A DNA stretch of 64,000 nt, from assembly GCF_009914755.1 (NCBI RefSeq), contig NC_060943.1. One strand, written 5' to 3'. Of this stretch, positions 55,688 through 64,000 are shown one piece after another. The translations under genes were made by a program, and so were the position numbers. A model generated the notes under the pieces. That model was not told the origin of the DNA. It did no database searches and worked only from the letters and a program-made list of their open reading frames with translations. This DNA comes from the human T2T-CHM13v2.0 reference genome, Homo sapiens. The first letter of the stretch is position 1. Each line of letters begins with the position of its first letter.

Positions 55688-56707
55688 GGTGATGTTTTGA
55701 TGAGGACAGGACCTGACTTATGTCTCTTAGTTTCAGGCAGGACCCTCTCATAATCAAGTTTGTGATTGGATCTACCTGCCTTGAGTGCCAGAAGGGAGAA
55801 CGAGAGGTAGAGAGGCAGGTTTCGGTTACTGTGAATGAAAGATGAATAAGGAAGTGTCCTCTAAAGTCACAAACTTGAAACGGGATGAATTCTACTCTCC
55901 ACTTAGGTCTGAGAGCAATTAGTCCTGCTATTTCCAAAATTAGAATCTTCTTTTTAAAATTTTAGTTTTAGAGACAGGGTCTCGCTCTGTTGCTCGGGCT
56001 AGAGTACAGTGGCGGGATCATAGCACATAGCAGCTTTGAACTCCTAGACTCAAGCCATTCTCCTGTCTCAGCCTCCCGAATAACTGGGACTACAGTCCAA
56101 AAATTTGAATCTTGTGGCCTGTAATAATGAGTCTCTTGAGCAGCATGCCTACCTATGGTTTTAGGCACACTTTTTCTGAACTGTTGAAGAAATAACCCAA
56201 ATGTGTGCTTTCATGTAAAATCTTTAATCATACCTATGAGGCTAGCTGCTGAGTTAGGGTGTTATTGTATTTTATGTTTTGATAAATGCCAAAGATCCTG
56301 CTGAGGCTTAGCCTCCCACAGAGTATATTTACTTCTTTTCATATTTTCCATGTATCTCTTTTATTGATTCATATCTTGATAGCATCATGTGTCTTATTTC
56401 ACTCTATGTGAATTGAAGATAGTTTTCAGTCATCTATATTGATAGTTCTGTAAATATTCAGTTGTACTAAATATAAGCACCCCATATTTGTATTTATTAG
56501 ACCAGAATTATCAATCTTGGCATGAGAATTCACTAGAACTTTAACAATTTTATATTGTTTCTACTAATTGCTGAGATAATGGACATAAAAATGCTCAGCA
56601 TATTCATAGATTTATGTCTTTATCCTTTTACAAATTGTTGCTTTATGTAATACAAGTCAGCATTATACATTACATAGAGTTCAAAATATAATTTCTTGGT
56701 GATCATT

Positions 56708-58211
<1,504 letters not shown>

Positions 58212-58920
58212 ACAGTATTAATATTTTATACAGATAATGAGTGGTCTCATTAATCCATAGATGCACTCCTCTCTCAGATCCTCATTTCTTCTATCATCAC
58301 AGACCATCACCTGGGATCACTTTCCTTCAACCTTAAGAAGGATCTTAAAAGTGTTATTTTATGCCAGTTATTTTTATCCATTAAATTTCTCATTTTGGGC
58401 TTCAAATAGTCTTATTTCAGTTTTTCTTAGCCAGTGCATTTGTCGTGCATAGAAATCTGCTGGCAGTTATATCTGTAACTGACTCCGTATGTTATTCCAT
58501 GTGTTCCTGACACCTAAATTTATATTGGCTTTGAGTGGAGACAGATAATTTATATTATACATATATATAATTATGTATGTGTGTATATAAACTACATGTG
58601 TATATATATATAAATGCTGTGTGTATGTGTGTATATATATTTTTTCTCAAAGATATGAATTATTTCTATGTCATCTCATAAAATAAACCAGGTTATAAAA
58701 TTTTAACTACAGTGACTCTTAAGTGGACAGTGGAGTTAAAAACTATGAAGAGCAATTAGTCTTGATAGTTCTGTGTTTTGAATCATACAGCCTATAAGAA
58801 TGTGTCTTCTGGACGATAGACCTACCTGTAGTTTATGAAACCCTCTTGCATGTGATTTTTTTCAATTAAATGAGTCTATTGATATATAGGTGTGCTTTTG
58901 TGCAAAAATTATAACCATTA

Positions 58921-59200
<280 letters not shown>

Positions 59201-59689
59201 TTATAACTATTATCTATGATGCTATTTGATGAGTGAGGGAATAATTGTACTTTTTTCTTTTTTTTTCAAAATCACACTGATCCTGAAAAGGTGGATCTTT
59301 GATTTATCTTCCTAAAGCAGTGTATGTGAGAACCTTGTGTTGAGGAAGACTGATAACAGCTTGTATGTATTTAGCACGATGTGCCAGGCCTGGTGTTAAG
59401 TACTTTTTACCTCACTTCCCATATTCCTAATGAGGTTGGTTGTAGTGTTTTTCATCTTACTGATTTTTTTTTGTTTGTTTGTTTTTGTTTTGTTTTGTTT
59501 TTGGCTAATGACTTTAAAAGACCTCCAGTTCTTGAACTTCAGCTAGGGTCCCATCCCCAGAGTTTATCAGAAGGTATAGGTTGGGTCCAAGAATTCACAG
59601 GTTTTTTAAGTTCATAGTGAAGCTGATGCTGTAAAACTACATATCAAATTGGGAAGCAATGAATTAGAAGAGGCTCATGTTTTCGTCAT

Positions 59690-59822
59690 GTTACATGTAA
59701 GTTCCTCCTTCACTTTTCGCCATGAATAAAAGTTCCCTGTGGCCTCACCAGAAGCAGATACGGGCACCATGCTTCCTGTACAGCCAGCAGAAAGGTAGCT
59801 AATTACATCTCTTTTCTTTATA
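59690..59822 (+). mobile_element. MST-type MaLR LTR fragment just upstream of the ZNF304 promoter
   Basis: GGCCTCACCAGAAGCAGA..CACCATGCTTCCTGTACAGCC. Confidence 0.7.
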
Positions 59823-59979
59823 TGTTAGAAAAATTAGAAGGACATTCAATGTTTTACAAAAAGGCCCACAAACGAAATACAGACAACGTTCAATTTATTA
59901 ATACGTTTCAATCCCCAAATCTGAGAGAGGTGAAGCAGGTTTCCCAGGGCCTCAGAAGCAGGATTGAAGAATGGGTCCC

Positions 59980-60900
59980 TTGCTGGCGACTTCAGTGGCG
60001 TGGCATTGTCCCAGGTGGCCATGGAAATCAGGGTGCATACCCTTTAAAAGCAGCTGTGGCCTCCGAGATATCGTTTTCCCAGTCTTTTCTCCCCCTCCCT
60101 GCACGACGCCTCTTGGCAGACATCCGGGAGAACCCGAAAGGCGCTCGTTGCCTGGTTGGATGCAGGATACAAACTACGTTACCCAGAAATCTGTGCCCAG
60201 CTCATTGTTAGCCGGCGTGCAGCCAATGACAGCCCAGAAACTGGGCGTTTCCTGCTGCTCTGGGCTGCAGGGGCGAGACTTCTGGCGTCGCCGTCGTGAC
60301 GTATTTTTCCTATGCCCGGTCCGTGCATTCTGGTTGTGAAGGCTGAGTTCTAGAGATCGGGTCGGCTTTCTACGCGGCTCTCGTGGAACCTAGCAAAGAA
60401 AGACAGTGAAGACTGCAGGACCTTCCTTCGCGCTTTTGTTACAATCCATGACCCCTGTCGTGGGACGGGCGGCCTCTCGCGGAGGTGTCTGCCGGGGCTG
60501 GGCTCTTACCGAGGCCTCCACACACGTCCTCTTGTCCTTGTCTCCCCCAGAAGCAGCCGCCTTAGTCTTGTGAGCGTTTTTACACCGGGTAGATTGAGAC
60601 TTGGAGTGCTACACTCAGCCCGAGGGCGTCCAGCGCGGTGGAGGCGTGGGGTTTCGGCTGAGCCCACAGGGCACAGACTGTTCATCCGCTTCTCATGGCA
60701 GCGGCGGTGCTGATGGACCGGGTTCAGGTGAGTGGGGGCATCCCTCAAGCGCACCCCGGCCTGGTTGGTGTGTCCTGGGATGTTCGCTCTCATCGCGCAC
60801 TTCAGGGTGCTCACTCCGTCGCATTATGTGGAGGGGTTCCGCTCCCCTCATCAGTGGCATAAGGTGTGGAACGGACTCGAAGGCGCAGGGGCAGTTCGTA
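59980..60900 (+). promoter_or_regulatory. ZNF304: ZNF304 CpG-island promoter and exon 1
   Basis: CpG-dense. ZNF143-like ACTACGTTACCCAGAA at 60173, CCAAT at 60223, ETS-like ACTTCTGG at 60278, CRE-like TGACGTA at 60297. Confidence 0.85.
60695..60727 (+). CDS. ZNF304: ZNF304 coding exon 1 (MAAAVLMDRVQ)
   Basis: ATG..CAG|GTGAGT; N-terminus recognised. Confidence 0.9.
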
Positions 60901-61039
60901 CAAATGCATGCATGGAGAGGAGAATGAGTTTGGGGAGTTCCGGGAACTCTCTGTGCCTGGTGAGAACAGGGACTAGGGGGTCAGAGGTAGGCCTGGAATG
61001 GCCGCCCGAGGAGCTGGTCCTCTCTTCTGAGGGTGCTGG

Positions 61040-62060
61040 GAGTCATGCAAGGTTTGGTACAGAGAAGGGAGGTCCTCTGACGCAGTTCTTAAAAGGCTCC
61101 CTCTGGCTGCAGAGTGGGTAGACTAGGGATTATAGGGTAGACGGGGAGATCAAGATGAAGTCTACTGAAATAGTCCAGGTGAGCGTTGATGGTCTGGGCC
61201 AGAGTGGTGGCAGCAGAGGTTAGAGAATGTATGGGTTTTGGGTTTTGTATGTATTTTATAAGTAAGGCTGACCAGATTCTCCGATGAGACATAGTGATGA
61301 TATCCTGGGATTCTTCACATGACTGTCTTCACTTGAGACAGGGGGCAGTGAATGGAGGTCATTTCTAGTTTAGTGTCCTGAATCCAGGCCATGAGTTGTA
61401 TGGAGTTATGTGGAGAAGTCCCCACCTGGCGACCAATGGGATGAGTACTGCAAAAGTATATCAGACCTAGGAACAGGTACGCTCAAATGCTTGTAGGATT
61501 GAGTTTGGAGCGCTCAGGGAATCTCAGGTCTTAATTACCTTTGTTGGAAACAGGTATCAGAGGAAGGAGTTAGGTAGGAATGGCTGGCCGAGGTGTCTCG
61601 AGTGTGGTAAAAGTCGTGGGAGATTTGGAGCAGAGGAGGGAGATGATCTGACTCAGATTTTAACATGCTCTCTCTGGCTTTCAGGTTGAGAACAGACTGT
61701 GAGCATGAGGGAGCAGCTACTGCAGTAGTGTTGATGGTGTCTGGTCTAGAGGTGTGGCTGTGGAGGTGAGAGAAGTTGGTAAATTTTCTGTTTTTTAAAG
61801 TAGGGTGATTGGATTTTTTGATGCGAAAGGTGAAAGAGAGGAGAGTCGTGGATGACCCTAAGGTTGGTTTGTTTTTGCTGTAGCTGGTAAAATTATGAAA
61901 ATGCCATCAACTGAGATAGAGAAGTTGGCAGCAGGTATGATTTTTAGTGGTTATATCAGGAGTTAGGCTTTGGTCATGTTTAGGTTAAGAGGTCTCAGTT
62001 GTCATCTTAGTTGAGGCCTCAGGAAAACACACAGGTTTTTAGTTCTGGGGAAGGGTTCTG
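61040..62060. mobile_element. L2-like remnants in ZNF304 intron 1
   Basis: GATGATCTGACTCAGATTTTAA, GATGACCCTAAGGTT, ATGCCATCAACTGAGAT L2-type motifs. Confidence 0.5.
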
Positions 62061-62724
62061 TTGAAGAAGTTGAAAAAAATGGTGGCCAGTGTGTGGAGTG
62101 GGATGGGGTATCTTCAAATCATGGTGGTAATGCTGTTATTCAGTAAGAAAGTTGAAACTGGACACTGAGAGAAAACTGGGTCTGTTGCTTAGGCACCTGG
62201 ACGGCAGTGGTGGATAGTGTGAAGACGCGAGCGCTTCCTGGACACTGCTTGCAGAGTGGCATGGGGGATGAGGGATGTCATGGAGGTGCATATGGCATGG
62301 GCCAGTGGCGGTGGGGATCTCAGATGTGAGGAAGGTGTAGTCCAAAGAGTAATGAGCACGTTGGGAGGAGTGTGAACTGATGCCCTTAAGACTCTAGTAT
62401 TGGCAGCTCATGGGAGAAGATGGAGCTGAAGTTTGGTTGTGTTTAGAGGCATCGTCTGGACAACACCAGGAGAACTGGTTGGTAGGCGAGTATTTGGGAC
62501 CCTTCATGCCAGACCCAGAGTTGAGACAGCATCTGTCTGCACACTTGCCTGGTTCTGCTCTGGGCTGGACACAGTGGTGAGAGGGACATGAGGAGAGAGC
62601 AGACACTAGTGGTGCCAAGGTCTGTTATCTCCTCTTAGTTGGGAGGCTGGGGAGGCGAGGGACTAGAGAGTGGGTGTGTGAGTGTGTAGACTGGGGAGGA
62701 GGGGGTTCTGGGGAGAGATGCTGA

Positions 62725-63785
<1,061 letters not shown>

Positions 63786-64000
63786 GCCTTTACACCCACT
63801 CCGGTGTCCTTGGTGGGGTTTGAGTCTTCTTCTCTTCCCCATGGGCCACTCTTTCTGTCCATCCAGATCCATGACTCTTCTCCTTCCCTTCTTTGTTTCC
63901 CAGAGTAGGTGCTGTGGGTTCTAGGGCTGGCTGTGTTCAGTGTTTCTGCCTTCACTGGGTAATCTGAACATCTGTTGCCCTAGAGCTTTGCAGGAAAAGG

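Noticed and set aside
59822-61121. Several 100-130 aa ORFs around the ZNF304 promoter
   Set aside because: Stop-poor CpG-island sequence without recognisable domains.

Overview
Human (primate) genomic DNA from a KRAB-C2H2 zinc-finger gene cluster. From the encoded proteins I recognise it as 19q13.43. All genes are on the + strand: the 3' end of ZNF460 (1-737 plus 3'UTR), the complete ZNF543 gene (4 coding exons, 29480-38309, 600 aa, KRAB-A/B plus 13 fingers) and the first two coding exons of ZNF304 (60695-62881). The rest is mostly antisense L1, Alus, a few LTR/ERVL remnants and a decayed zinc-finger exon. I do not see a wholly new biological system. The most notable items are: (1) a DESI2/PPPDE1 retrocopy with target-site duplication (TSD) and an open 118-aa ORF, apparently copied from a transcript ending inside an intron, and lying divergent to the ZNF543 promoter; (2) an old tandem duplication relating the ZNF460 and ZNF543 units, whose C-terminal tails are one dead finger region read in different frames; (3) a spacing-conserved ZNF143-like/CCAAT/ETS/CRE promoter module shared by ZNF543 and ZNF304; (4) an AluYa5 in the ZNF543 3'UTR, plus unusual tiny retroposed inserts. 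Repeat subfamily names and most repeat boundaries are by-eye estimates.
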